A program made the translations under genes and the position numbers. A DNA stretch of 64,000 nt from the NCBI GenBank assembly GCA_964016885.1, contig OZ024742.1:68510001-68574000 (forward strand), given 5' to 3'. Source of the stretch: Eledone cirrhosa (taxonomy: Eukaryota). Positions 25,570 to 38,273 of the stretch are shown one piece after another. Below the pieces are notes generated by a model. That model did not search any database. It was not told the origin of the DNA and saw only the letters and a list, made by a program, of their open reading frames with translations. The stretch's first letter is position 1; each line of letters begins with the position of its first letter.

Positions 25570-27270
25570 TCACAGTGAAAGTGAGCAAACTGGAATAAGT
25601 CAGAATTCGACAGTCGCTGTTTCTATACACAATACATTATTTCTGTGTATAAGTGTGTTTCTATACTGATTTGGTCTGAGAGGGGTGTGTGGCAAAGCGT
25701 TCTGAGTTGCTATATATATGCCTGAATCTTTGGGAGTGATTTTTCATGTAATGACAGGGACTGTAAGAGTTGTAGTTTACTGTGGCAACAAACTATGCTC
25801 CACACGTATCCAGATGAAATTCATATTTTGCTGTCGATGTGTACGCCGTCTATAGGTGTCATCTGTGTACAACCTATGATGATGCGAAGTTTTCTGTTTT
25901 AATTTTTTTGTAGTTTATGGTGGTTAATTGTGGACAGACTAGAGGTCAAAGTAGAGTTATGTATTATTGCATGTGCTTTATTGTTGCTATTTCTTTCTGT
26001 AGACTAAATGTGGTGTATGTGATTGCTCTAAGTAGGTGCTACATTTTTCTTTCTTTACTGTGACTTCTGATGTGCGTTGTGGGTATTGTATGTAATCCCT
26101 AAAATTGTATTTTGTTTCTGTGTGTGTTGTTTATATTGTTCAGTGTGAAGTTTGATATTGCTGGTAAAAAGAAAGATAGGTGTTAATTTGAGAGGTGATG
26201 ATTTAATTTTGTTGTTCTGAGGCTAAGTGTTTAAGTGATTTATGTAGGGTTGAAGTAATTGTTCTTCTACGTCTAATGGTAGAGAATCGTGAATGTGAAA
26301 TCACTTGCGTCGAGGCAGTACCTGTATTTTTGAAAAGTGTGGGAAAATCACAGAGGTATCGGGTGAAAATAGTTGATGAGAGGAGAGATCCTTGCGTATT
26401 TGAAAAATTGAAAATTTTATAAGTATTAGTTTCGTTTACTAAGTAGGCTTGACAGCTTAACATGTAGTTAACTCGCCAATATTTTATGTTGTTTCTTAAG
26501 GAGATTAAAGAATGATGTGTATACGTTGATAGTGGGGAATAGAGTTGAATGATTTGCTTATTTCGATGATGGTTAGAATGTTACGTGTGAGGTTTTATTT
26601 AATTTTATTTTTTAAGCCTTCTCTGTTATGTTTGGGAGTAGTGTGTGGTGGTTGAACGTTGTGGTCGGCATCTGTGTTTTGATTTGGAAAGCGGAGTGTG
26701 TAGGTTAGTAATGTCAAGAATAAGTCTTCTTAATGCGTTAATGTATTGGAGAGTGATTGATTTGGGTCATGTTACTTCACTCGGGTGTTTGTTGCACTTT
26801 AGATTGTTATAATTTAATCCAGAGATTTGGCAGAGTTGGTGCGAATCGTTAGAGATATTGGTGAATGTATTGATCGCTCCGGGACCTAGGTGCCTTCTAG
26901 TACATTTGTGATTTTACCAGGCCCTGTGGCTTTTGAGTTTTTAGATTTCTCTATTGTTTTGTAGATTTTGATGTCTGATGAAAGGGAGAGCTTAAAATCA
27001 TGGTCAAAGAAGAAAGTGAGTATTTTTAATTTTGTGTTCTTGTCTTCTTTATGTAGTGTTTGGTGGATGATTTTCACAAACTTCACGGGATTAGCTTGGT
27101 GTTGCTATATAGGGGTTTACTGTTTGTTTTCTGGATTTTGTCGGATACAGTTTTCTGATTTTTGTATTTTATCTTTTAGTTATATCATTATTTCTACAAT
27201 CTGTATTAGATTTGCACCAAGTTCAGTTATTGTCATCGAAGTCACTTTGATAATTGTGTTTGGGAGTAGT
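25570..27270 (-). mobile_element. Highly decayed APE-type LINE fragment
   Basis: IEKSKNSKATGPGKITN resembles the pre-RT K(A/S)PGPD.I motif; strong strand asymmetry. Confidence 0.4.
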
Positions 27271-27276
27271 AATATC

Positions 27277-27430
27277 CAGTGCCGGATTTACTGTTGTGCT
27301 TAGGTGTGCTTAAGGACAGGATCCCGTTGACCAAGGGAAAAAGGGGCATCTTCCTGCTAAATAAAGTTTTCCGGTGAATTTTTCATAACTTAACTAGCAC
27401 AGGGCCTCATTTGTCTTAAATCCGGCGCTG
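27277..27430. mobile_element. 154-bp hAT-type MITE
   Basis: TIR cagtgccggattta / taaatccggcgctg; 8-bp TSD gtaatatc / gaaatatg (6 of 8 match). Confidence 0.75.
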
Positions 27431-27440
27431 GAAATATGAT

Positions 27441-27527
<87 letters not shown>

Positions 27528-28073
27528 TTTGTGTGTCTTTGTGTGTATGTGTGTGTGTGTGTGTTACAAGTCTTTATCTTGAATACGTGTTGTCGTGCTC
27601 TATAAGGTTTCGAATATTATTTTCTGAATTAATTTACTGAATGCATGTGTTTTATATACATATATTGTTTGGGGGCCTTCTCTGTGATGATTGATCCAGC
27701 CAACCTTATTGAATTATAATTAGAGAGGTGTATTGAGTTGTGGTTGTAAATGTGTTAGATTTGTTTAACTAACAGGACATACTAATAAAAGTTTATAAAA
27801 GTATTTTTATCTCGCTAATGTAGTATTTTTATGTGTTTTGCAGCAATAAGTGTGTTGGCCATTGTAACCAAATCGCTCTTAGATCTTAGGTTGCCGTCTT
27901 AAAAGAATAATGTTGTCCTGGACACACATTGTAAAACGTTGAGATTGTAACGGCTGGAATGCTTTTCATCACAAATATACTGAATGAAAGCTGACCTGAG
28001 TCTAAACAACAGTAGCAACATATTTTACTAGTCCGCTAATACTATTATGATCGACATGGGCCTTTATCTAGAA

Positions 28074-30413
28074 CAGGGTAGGATAAACTTTTTTGACTGG
28101 GTCATGAACACCAGAGGGCAGCACCATTTATTATTGGATATAGTGTGCCAGTAACCTTGCTTTTCTTCAGTTAAAATTTAGAAAATATAAAATATAAACT
28201 GCATCATTGTAATACATAAATTAATAAAATTATTAAATACAAACATTTTTAAACAAGGTTTTATTTTAATTTGTGTCTGTACATCACAAAACATGCCAGA
28301 AAAAGCAATTTTTTTAAAAATCTGGCACAAAGTAGCTGGTAGAAATTCTCAGCACTGGGTGCAGGTTTATGCCTGAAATCATGGATCTGTTCTTGGACTT
28401 GTTTATTTTAAGGCAGGAAAAACTCTGTTCGCAGATGTAAGTTGACCCCAAAATAGAAAACAATCTGGCAGCAAAGCTTCTCAAACATGGACATTTTTCA
28501 TCTGAGAGTGACGTGTAATACTTTATTAATGGCACAGAATGAAACATTTCTTTCAACTAGTGATCTGCTTGCATGTCAATTAGTTGAAGCTGTATTTCTT
28601 CGGGTGCTGCATCAACATCAGCAGTGAAAGGGAAAGTTAACAAATTGAATTCAGATTCAATCCTTTTGAAATCTGTAAACTTTCTTTCAAATTCCTTTAA
28701 ACTCATCAGCTTATACATGATCTTTGAGGAGACATTTGCAGGCACTTTCTCCTTCCTTAATAGAGAAAAATGGCAGAACTTGCCTTTACCTGCTTGCCTG
28801 GAGAACAAAGTAAGTTTTGCCTGAAAAGACTTGACATGCTTGTACTTACCTTGAACAAACAGATCCTTTCGCTGCAATGTCACATTCAGGTCATTCAGTT
28901 TATCAAAAATGTCAACTGCAAACATTAATTCGTATTTCCAGTCTTCACAGGACATTTTTATTACAAAGTCACAAGAAACCCCCTTCATGTCCAGAAAGAG
29001 AACGGTTTCTTCTCGCAACTCCCACACTCTTTTCAGCACTCTCCTACACTCTCTTCAGCACTTTGCCCAGGCTCAACCACTGCACGTTGTGGCAGAGTAC
29101 ATCTCCATGCTCAACCTCCACGTCTTCCAGCATAAATTTGAACTGTCGGTGATTCAGTGCCATTGCCCTAGTAGAGTTTACTACACTCTACCACCGGATC
29201 TACCATATACTTCAAGTTCAGAGCAGCTTTACAAAGGCTTTTTTGCTGCAAAATGAAGTGGAAAGACTACATGGTATGATTAGGATGGCCTTTTCTGATT
29301 TTATTTTCAATGAGTTTCACCATGCCCATAGGTTTTCCTGTTAATGCCCGGGCACCGCCTGTTGTCACGCTTGCCAACTTATCCCATGATAAAGCATTTT
29401 TATCAACACAATTGATCACACATTCAAACAAATCCTGACCTGTTATGCTTTTCAATAGCACTAGTGAAAGGAGCTCTTCTGTGACATGAAAATTCTCATT
29501 CACTCCACGAATGAATATAAGTAGCTGAGCAGTGTCTTGGATGTCCTTACTCTCATCTAGGGCTACAGAGTACCACACAAAATCTTTGGTAGCAGCCCCC
29601 AGCTGTTGAGTCAACTCGTTACTTATTACATCAATGCGTCGTACAATAGTCCATCCTGATAATGAAGTGCTTCCACTTCACTTACATTTCACTTCAGGGC
29701 TCACAGTGTTTGCGCAATCCATCATATATTTTTTTAGAAACTTTCTATCCGAGAATGGTTTGTTGTTTTTTGCAAGATTGTATGCTACAATAAAACCTAC
29801 TTCCGTGGCACTCTCGTACGACGATAGTCTTGTAAACAGATTTTTGCTTCTTCAGTTATGTCACAAAATCCATTGCCTTTCTCCTCCGTTCTTCATCGGA
29901 CATGTTGAGACCAAAACCCTCATATTTTGTTTGGTGATATCGCTTTAAATTGTACTCTTTGAACACAGCAAACATACCACTTTATTCTCGGCACTGGTAA
30001 AGAGATACTTGTGCAGCCAATCTTCTTGGAATACGCGACATTCTTGGACAATTTTGCGCTTTTTAACAGAAGTCATTATTTCGGTCAGAAGAAATTATGT
30101 CACGGCGTTGTTGTGGAAACGAAATGTAGATGTCACAGCGCATACAAGTTTCGCGTAAATCGGAGCACGGGTTCCCGAGATTCGGGGTGTTTCCGGGTAC
30201 TTTCATAAATAGAGAGAGAGAAGGATAGAGAGAAAGAGAGAGAGAGGGAAGGAGACAGAGAAGGAAAATGGAAGAGTAAGAGAGAGCTGTTGGTGTTGTT
30301 GAAATTATAACCAGTATCTTCAAAGAAACGATTACACCATTACTGAATCCTGGTAAATATAAAGGGTTTCTAAGTGCATGTGTATATATGTGTGTGAATA
30401 CACACACACACAT

Positions 30414-30488
<75 letters not shown>

Positions 30489-30808
30489 CCTTCCAATTTC
30501 CTTTTACATTATATACATGCATGTGTATATTTAAATTATTTTAAAATTATTTTTAAGTGAACATGATTTTAAAATAGATATTTTTAAGTGAATGTGACCC
30601 AACGGGTAATGGGTGGTCTAATTTGAAATAAAATAGTCACTCCTGTCCTTTGTTTCTCTGCTCTCTCTGGTACAAAAACATAACTAGATCTAGTCACGGC
30701 TTAAGTATTATATACGAAAATTTGCTTTTGTTCTTTTTTTATTAATTCGCCGTATGCTTCCACGGGCCGCACAAAACTCTTTGGTGGGCTGTAGTTTGCC
30801 CACCCCTG
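28074..30808 (-). mobile_element. Full-length decayed hAT Charlie/SPIN-like transposon
   Basis: Termini cagggtagg..aaact / agtttgcccacccctg; perfect 8-bp TSD atctagaa at 28066-28073 and 30809-30816. Confidence 0.9.
28314..30070 (-). pseudogene. hAT transposase (GTF2IRD2/SPIN-like), frameshifted
   Basis: SVALDES.DI.DTAQLLIFIRGV, VLKRVWELREE, LGSTYICEQSFS.LKINKSK.RS. Confidence 0.9.
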
Positions 30809-30829
30809 ATCTAGAAAGTTTCTTTCCCA

Positions 30830-31098
30830 GAGACAAGTCTGGACAATGTGCTTTTGCGGAAGACCAGCAGTCACCCATACATTCTTGTCTTTCCTCTCTA
30901 CGCCACCGTTTTTGTCTAAAGGAAAGACAAAGATTGATATTGTCGGTACCAGTGTCCTAAATATACATTCTCATCTATTAGGCCTGGACAAACATGAAAT
31001 ACGTGTTTTGCTCGAGGACTAACATGTCGTCCGGTTGGGAATCGAAATCACAACTTTACAATCCTGAGTACAACGCTCTTGCCACTAAATCACCTCCA
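30830..31098 (-). mobile_element. Degenerate tRNA SINE
   Basis: Similar to 33880-34217 (caagtctggacaa..tttgcggaagaccagcagtc; gggaatcgaaatcacaac). Confidence 0.55.
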
Positions 31099-31653
31099 CA
31101 TAAACAGCCAACAAAGTAAGGATACACTAGCGTATGTAGTCCTAGATGTACAAAGGGACAAGGAGATTACGACTGGAATACTTTGATCATAGGTCTGGTC
31201 AATTTGAGCTGGCCATGATTAAACAAATATAACGAAGCAACGAGAATGCCTCTACATAGTCATTCAACCTGCTAGAAATAGCTACCAAATCTGCCGCAAT
31301 TCACACTGCCGTTTTAATATAGAAAAGAACACTTTGTATCATCTTTTTTTTGTTTTTTTTGAAAATTCGCTGATCCCATATCTGTATTTTACTCACAATG
31401 CCTTCCTCTCTAATTCTAATTAATCATTGAATAAAACAAACATTGTTTCAATGGATGAGAATGTATTCATTTTCTATTTCCCTCATTTCTATTTGTTCTC
31501 TTTTGACTAAGCCCTTGCGTAACGTGCTCTCCCTTCTTCGAAAGGCGTATCAAACTAAATATACCAAAACTCTAGTGATTTCCAGAAGTTGGCTGAAGAG
31601 ATGGGACTGTCCGTTTTCCCGTTGCCTTTGTCCTATACGCCGCCTATTTTATA

Positions 31654-31731
<78 letters not shown>

Positions 31732-32019
31732 CGCATATATACGCAAGAGATGTCAACATGAATGGACCTGTTATTTTTATCTAAAGACATTTTTTCCAAT
31801 TCCAACCCACCCGTCCACACAATCTATCTTATTTCTCATTCTTTCAAACGTCAAGACCCTCTTCCTCCTATTTCAAGCCTTAACCTAATATATTCCTTCC
31901 ATATACTGTACCGATTGTGTTGTTATTTCTGTTTACCTTTTACACACACACACACACATATATATATATTAAAATAACAGATTAAAGTCTTCAAATTTAT
32001 TATTATTACTATATATATA

Positions 32020-32052
<33 letters not shown>

Positions 32053-32054
<2 letters not shown>

Positions 32055-32266
32055 CGAAGGAAATGTGGTAAGGAACCAGGTGGACCATAACGCACCAAAG
32101 TACTCAATACTTAGGGTAGTAGAATGGGTAATAGGAACGAGTAGGACCCCGACGGCTGAGCTCAAGCCGTTTCGACGGTTAATTTTTTTTTTTTTTTTTT
32201 TTTTTAGTCCAGAATTAGCCGTCGAAACGGCTTGAGCTCAGCCGTCGGGGTCCTACACGTTCCTAT
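32053..32266 (-). mobile_element. Second copy of the Penelope-like terminal fragment with fold-back palindrome (32131-32266)
   Basis: Homologous to 3792-3989; GAAA-cggct..agccg-TC in both arms; (TA)n on both sides. Confidence 0.65.
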
Positions 32267-32280
32267 ATATATATATATAT

Positions 32281-33363
32281 ATATGAAAAAGTGAGTCCTT
32301 CATCAGTGACCCTCCAACCGTCCTCGGCATTTCATCGCTTTAAGGGCCATATGCCTCAGGTTGGTGCGAACAACGGCTAAAAAAAGTCGTTGGGACACGT
32401 AAATAAAGGGGGACGCTAGAGTAACAACAAAAAGGTTTAAGCAACGGAAAGTGAGTAGAAATAGACAAGTCCCAGATCTCTATGAATATAAACTCTGTGA
32501 AATCGTGAACAAGAGACGAAAGACCATCAGACCTGGTTGAAATGTGAGCAAGGAAAGAATTTCGCCCAAGTTTGACGGGGGGGAAAAAAGAGAGAGAGAG
32601 AGAGAGAAAGAAAAAGGAGAGAAGAAGAAGAAGAAGAAGAAGAAGAAGAAGAAGAAGAAGAAGAAGAAGAAGAAGAAGAAGAAGAAGAAGAAGAAGATAA
32701 GGGGGTCTGGTCTACGAATTCGGTAAACGCAAGTTTTGTGAAGTCGCAGACGAAAGAGAGAGAGAAAAAAATTCCATACCAGCTCGGGCAAGACTGCGCG
32801 AGAAAAGAATTACACACAGGTCAAACTTGAAGGAGGAGGAGAGGTAGTGACAGAGAATGAGTGAGTGAAAGTTGAGGAGAGAGTAACAGAGAGGGAGACT
32901 GCTAGAAGTGGTAAAGATACAAGGAACGAAACAGACGAAGGCAGCATGGAAAAGTTATATGTGTAAATATGATGATAATAATGGAGCTGCGGCGTTGCAA
33001 ATGGGATACATATGAAAAAGTGAGTCCTTCATCAGTGACCCTCCAACCGTCCTCGGCATTTCATCGCTTTAAGGGCCATATGCCTCAGGTTGGTGCGAAC
33101 AACGGCTAAAAAAAAGTCGTTGGGACACGTAAATAAAGGGGGACGCTAGAGTAACAACAAAAAGGTTTAAGCAACGGAAAGTGAGTAGAAATAGACAAGT
33201 CCCAGATCTCTATGAATATAAACTCTGTGAAATCGTGAACAAGAGACGAAAGACCATCAGACCTGGTTGAAATGTGAGCAAGGAAAGAATTTCGCCCAAG
33301 TTTGACGGGGGGGAAAAAAGAGAGAGAGAGAAAGAAAAAGGAGAGAAGAAGAAGAAGAAGAAG

Positions 33364-33393
<30 letters not shown>
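32281..33393. repeat. Partial tandem duplication with 729-bp period, bounded by (TA)n
   Basis: 32281-32696 is repeated almost exactly at 33010-33393, differing mainly in (GA)n and (GAA)n lengths. Confidence 0.9.
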
Positions 33394-33462
<69 letters not shown>

Positions 33463-33879
33463 GCGTACACACACCGGTGTGTGTTAATATATATAACATG
33501 TCATCAATGTTTATGAAATTACATTCTAAGACACCTTATGTCGCAGAACCCACTTTGAGAAACATTACCTAAAATAATCAAGTGTTAGATATCCCGAAGA
33601 GGAATTGGATTATCAAAGTTGGGACGCCTTTGATACTTGATTATCTTAATTAGGACTGATTGGTTCAAACAGTACCATCACCACTATTATGACTTCTACC
33701 GTTAATAAAACAAGTATCAAGGTCCAGAAACTATGAACATTCTGAAAGTACACTGTAATTCTACTTCACTGATATGTTTTCTTAATAGATAACAACACTG
33801 TTATCAGAAATACTTCAGTTATACATATATCATGTAGATAATACAAACATACAGACTTGTATACATACATACATTAGAG

Positions 33880-34217
33880 GCCCCCATCGGTCACGAATGA
33901 CCATGGGATTTGCACCTAGAAAGTCCCCCCCCCCCCGCACCGAGGCACAAGCCTGGGCAAGGTTTGTTTGTGGAAGACCATCAATCGTTTAAGCATACTA
34001 GTCTCCTCTCTCCACGCCACCGATGTTGTCAAAGGGAAAGGCAATGGCCGATACAGCTTGGCACCAGTGACGTCGCAACTCTACAACTAAGTGAACTGGA
34101 GTAACGTGAAATAAAATGACTTTCTCAAGAACACTAGGTACCACTCGGTCCGAGAATAGAACTCACAACCTCTGAATTGCAAGCCTAATGCTCTAACCAC
34201 TAAACCATGCGCCTTCA
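33880..34217 (-). mobile_element. tRNA SINE (octopus OR-like)
   Basis: Minus-strand head ggcgcatggtttagtggttagagc..gagttctattc with tRNA A/B boxes. Confidence 0.7.
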
Positions 34218-34362
34218 CGCATGCATACATACATACATACATACATACATACATACATACATACATACATACATACACACACACATACATACATACATAC
34301 ATACATACATACATACATACATACATACATACATACATACATACATACATACATACATACAT

Positions 34363-34970
34363 GGTGGCTGCCAACTCGTTTTCGAGTACAGCCACTACTT
34401 TATATCCATGTAGGAGAACCCCTACCGATGCGCTGAACGAGTGTGACTTTTTAGTCCAGCCAGTGACTTGAAAACTCTGGTACAAACACTACACTTGTGA
34501 CAATTATTGACACATAGTGCTGGGCCCATGGTACCATGTGACGACAAGTGCAGAGAGATCTCCAGATATAAAGCAATGCCTGTGCCGTGAAGCTTTTATA
34601 GTGAGCAAAGGCACTGCACAAAGCCAGTCCTACTCTCTTAACCAAGATGATATTTACCAAAAAGAAGAACAAGTCAACATCATTGGATACCATCAGGGTT
34701 GCAGGTGTTATATCAGAGTTTTCCTTCTCCTAGAATTCTGCCTTGACAAAGGCTAAGGGGTCATCTCTCCCGGTGATTTTGGATGGCCATTGACTCTTAA
34801 GAGCTCCTTTGCCCTTTGACAGGTTTTGTTTTTAGTCCTGCAGGATGTCCAAAGTCACCCTCCTCACCAAGAAACCTTGGTGGGGTTGCCAGTTTAGTCG
34901 CCAACGACCCGACCATGGGACAGGTTGTACTGGGATACATGTTACCAGTAGCACCAACTGGTGACCTGAC
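34363..34970 (-). mobile_element. 608-bp RTE-derived non-autonomous retroelement, copy 5
   Basis: Same ends and length as copies 2 and 3; flanked by (TACA)n. Confidence 0.85.
34422..34529 (-). CDS. 35-aa C2H2 zinc-finger micro-ORF in the 608-bp element (also 4129-4236, 4787-4894, 5466-5573, 9469-9576)
   Basis: ACCATGG start; MGPALCVNNCHKCSVCTRVFKSLAGLKSHTRSAHR*; open in all five copies; translation unproven. Confidence 0.35.
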   Translation of the reverse strand: MGPALCVNNCHKCSVCTRVFKSLAGLKSHTRSAHR

Positions 34971-35052
34971 ATACATACATACATACATACATACATACAT
35001 ACATACATACATACATACATACATACATACATACATACATACATACATACAT

Positions 35053-38000
35053 GACTCTACTGAACAAACAGAGCACCAAAAACTTGTGGACACCCTACAA
35101 GTGATATGGAACGATATGTTTCAAGAGATACACAGCCTTAATGTGAGTGACAGACCATACAACACTAGAATCAGTAAAGAACCCACTAAATTGGAATTGG
35201 AAGCGGTGAACGAAATAGCTGGCAATTATCTGAAGGCTATACGATCTAAAGGTGTAGAAACGACATTTGAAACGCTTAATGTTTTGTTATATGTTTCAGC
35301 TGTCACATTGCTATCATATAACACACATCTAAAACCACGCAATCAAGATACAAACAGGAAGCCTGAACCAGCGTGGATGCGAAATTTAAAAACCAAAATT
35401 TTGTCCCTGAGACGAAGTATCTCACACATCGCAGTCGTTATGAAATGCAACATAGAGAGCAACTTCACAGGACACCAGGAAGATCTAAAGAAAAAGTTAG
35501 AGAGACGATTTGGAGATACAAAATTTAAAACTTTGAACTCCGAATTACACCAGTTGAAACAACAACTCACAGCTACAACAGAAAGACTAAAATATAAGTC
35601 AACAGCACATAAACGACAAGTGCTAAATAGATTGTTTGCCAGAGATCCTAAATCAGTTTATCGCAGCTTCGGTGGCAAAAGCTCAATCCCTGTAAACGAC
35701 ACCCCTTCAAAAGAACAGGTTGAGAGCTACTAGAGATCTGTATGGGAAACGGATGACGGATTCAACAGACAAGCTAATTGGCTAAAAGAACTGGAACAGG
35801 ACTACTGCCAACATGTCCAGACAAAACAATATGACATAGATGGGTCAATACTGGAAACAGCTCTACAGAAAATGTCGAATAGGAAATCGCCAGGCCCAGA
35901 CCTCATTACAGGATACTGGTTGAAGAATTTCACTTTCTATCGGCAAGATCTCATACGGCTGTTTACAGAAACCATTAAGGGCACACAAGAACTGCCCAGA
36001 TGGTTATCAACTGCCACTACTCTCCTCATTTCCCAAAATAGCCAAACCACCCTTGCTAAAAATTACCGCTCAATTGCCTGCCAAAACATCATGTATAAAT
36101 TATATACTGGGTGCCTTAACCTGTTCTTACAGGATCACTGTGCTACCAACAACATCATAACACCTGAGCAAGCTGGTGGAAAGAGGGAGGTGTGGGGTTG
36201 CATAGATCACCTACTAACTAACAAAATGATTCAGGAAAAAACAACAAAGAATCGCAGAAACATGACTGTGGTGTGGCTGGACTATCAAAAAGCATTTGAT
36301 AGTGTACCTCATGGGTGGATTATTAAGGCTTTACAGTTAGCTAAAGTCCCACAACCATTGGTAGCTGCTGTTGAACGCCTGACCAAGAACTGGTACACCA
36401 ATTTGATCCTTAGAGGTGAGAAGGAGCAGGTTAAGACTCATAAGATACATTACCAGAAGGGCATCTTTCAGGGTGATAGCTTGTCAGTGCTACTCTTCGT
36501 TCTCTCACTGAATCCACTATCTTACCTACTCAGGAAACAAGGTGTACAAAGAAGTGGGCCCAGAAGTATCTCCCATCTTTTCTTTGTTGATGACCTGAAG
36601 TTGTATGGGCCAAATATCAATGACATCAAGAAACAATTGGACCTCATTACACAATTTTCAACCGACATCAAAATGAAATTTGGTGAGTCCAAGTGTGCAT
36701 ATTTGGCAGTAAAACGTGGAAGAGCTGTGCCCTCCTCTAGAAATCTACAGATGAACGGCCTGACAATACAACCTCTGCAGTCAGGTGACAACTACAGATA
36801 TCTTGGACAGGATGAGAATGTCAGATATGATGGACCCATAAATAAGGAGAGAACCAGAACTGAATACCTCAGAAGAGTAAAGAAAATATGGTCATCAGAA
36901 CTGTCAGCATACAACAAATACATTGCCCACAATACTTATGCTGTGCCAATTCTAACGCCAACATTAGGCCTGCTGAACTGGTCATTGCAAGAACTAACTG
37001 AGATGGATGTTAAAACTCGAAAACTTCTCAGTGTTACTGGAACTTTAAAATCAATGGTGATGTGGATAGGCTATACTTCTCACGCAAGGAAGATGGCCGG
37101 GTCTAAAATCAATATTAACAACATATGAGACCCGGATAGTAACACTGAAGCAACACCTTCGACAGAGGAAAAAGGTTGGCAACCATCTTGCCCAGGTTTA
37201 TGAGCATGAAAAAAAAATATCATTAGAATAGTGACTGATCTGGAGGAGAGATATGGAATAAAGCCTGATATAAATCTCTCACCCAGAGAAATCGGAAGAT
37301 CCTATTCAATGTTCAAACAAGATTAAAAAATTGACCAATTTACAGAAAAAGTTGTGCATGGATACTTGAGGCGTAAAACACAGACCATATAGGGGATAAA
37401 CCACTCAAAAAGCCTGGCATGGAGTTCCGACAGGTTTATGACATCACACCTTGAGGGATATCTCTATGCAATACAGGAACAAGAACTCCCTACCAAATAT
37501 CTGCTGCACAAAAGAGGAGGGCCAGCAGCTGACAATAAATGTAGGCTATGTAAAACAAAGATCGAGGATGTAAGCCACATTGTTGCCAGCTGTGAAAGAA
37601 TGTCATCTCGCTACTACCTCCCCATGAGACACGATGGGATAGCTAGAACCATCTGGAACGCACTTCGGAAAACAAAATTAACAACAAACGAGGAAGAATA
37701 TATTGAGACAGATGGCACTAAGGAATACTGGTGGAACCTGAAAATAAAAACTGCCACCAAATTAAAGCACAACCGGCCTGATATTGTTGTTTGGGACCAC
37801 ACATTGAAAACGTGTTCTGTTGTGGAGATCAGCTGCCCACTTGATGCAAACGTTGTCAGAAAAATACAGGAGAAGGAGGACATCTACGGACCATTGATGA
37901 GGAGTTTACAAATCCACTATCCAAGATACACCTTTAGCTTCATACCCATCATTATTGGAGCTACGGGTTATATACCAACCCGCTTGGACCAAAGTATGAC

Positions 38001-38194
38001 TGAACTTGGATTTGCGGACAAAAAGCGCTGCTCCCTAATTCATAGTCTACAAATGGCTGCGATAGCTGGCACCTTCAAAATTTGCAAAACATTCTTGCGA
38101 TTCAAGGGATGACAATTTCTTTTCTTTTACAACCTTGCCACCAGGAGGGTGGCCGGTCAAAATAAATATACTCGAAATTAAGAGAAAGAGAAAA
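35053..38194 (+). mobile_element. 5'-truncated R4/Dong-clade retrotransposon (family B) in (CATA)n
   Basis: Broken ORF 35053-38112: KSPGPDLI, DYQKAFDSVPHGW, GIFQGDSLS, FFVDDLKLY, CRLC..H..ASC, RHD, RPDIVVWD, EISCP; 3' UTR hairpin gccacc-aggag-ggtggc; (CATA)n at both ends. Confidence 0.92.
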
Positions 38195-38273
38195 CATACA
38201 TACATACATACATACATACATACATACATACATACATACATACATACATACATACATACATACATACATACAT

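Noticed and set aside
32292-32345. Possible type II hammerhead on the minus strand around CTGATGA
   Set aside because: No convincing stem I or closing stem II.
34840-34970. Twister or HDV assignment for the 608-bp element head
   Set aside because: UAA and GAGGG words are present, but the required pairings are not conserved in the diverged copies.
34816-35733. 305-aa ORF fusing the antisense 608-bp element, (CATA)n and the Dong ORF
   Set aside because: Chance in-frame read-through; the equivalent junction at 5860-6156 is out of frame with the RT, and the Dong ORF has downstream stops.
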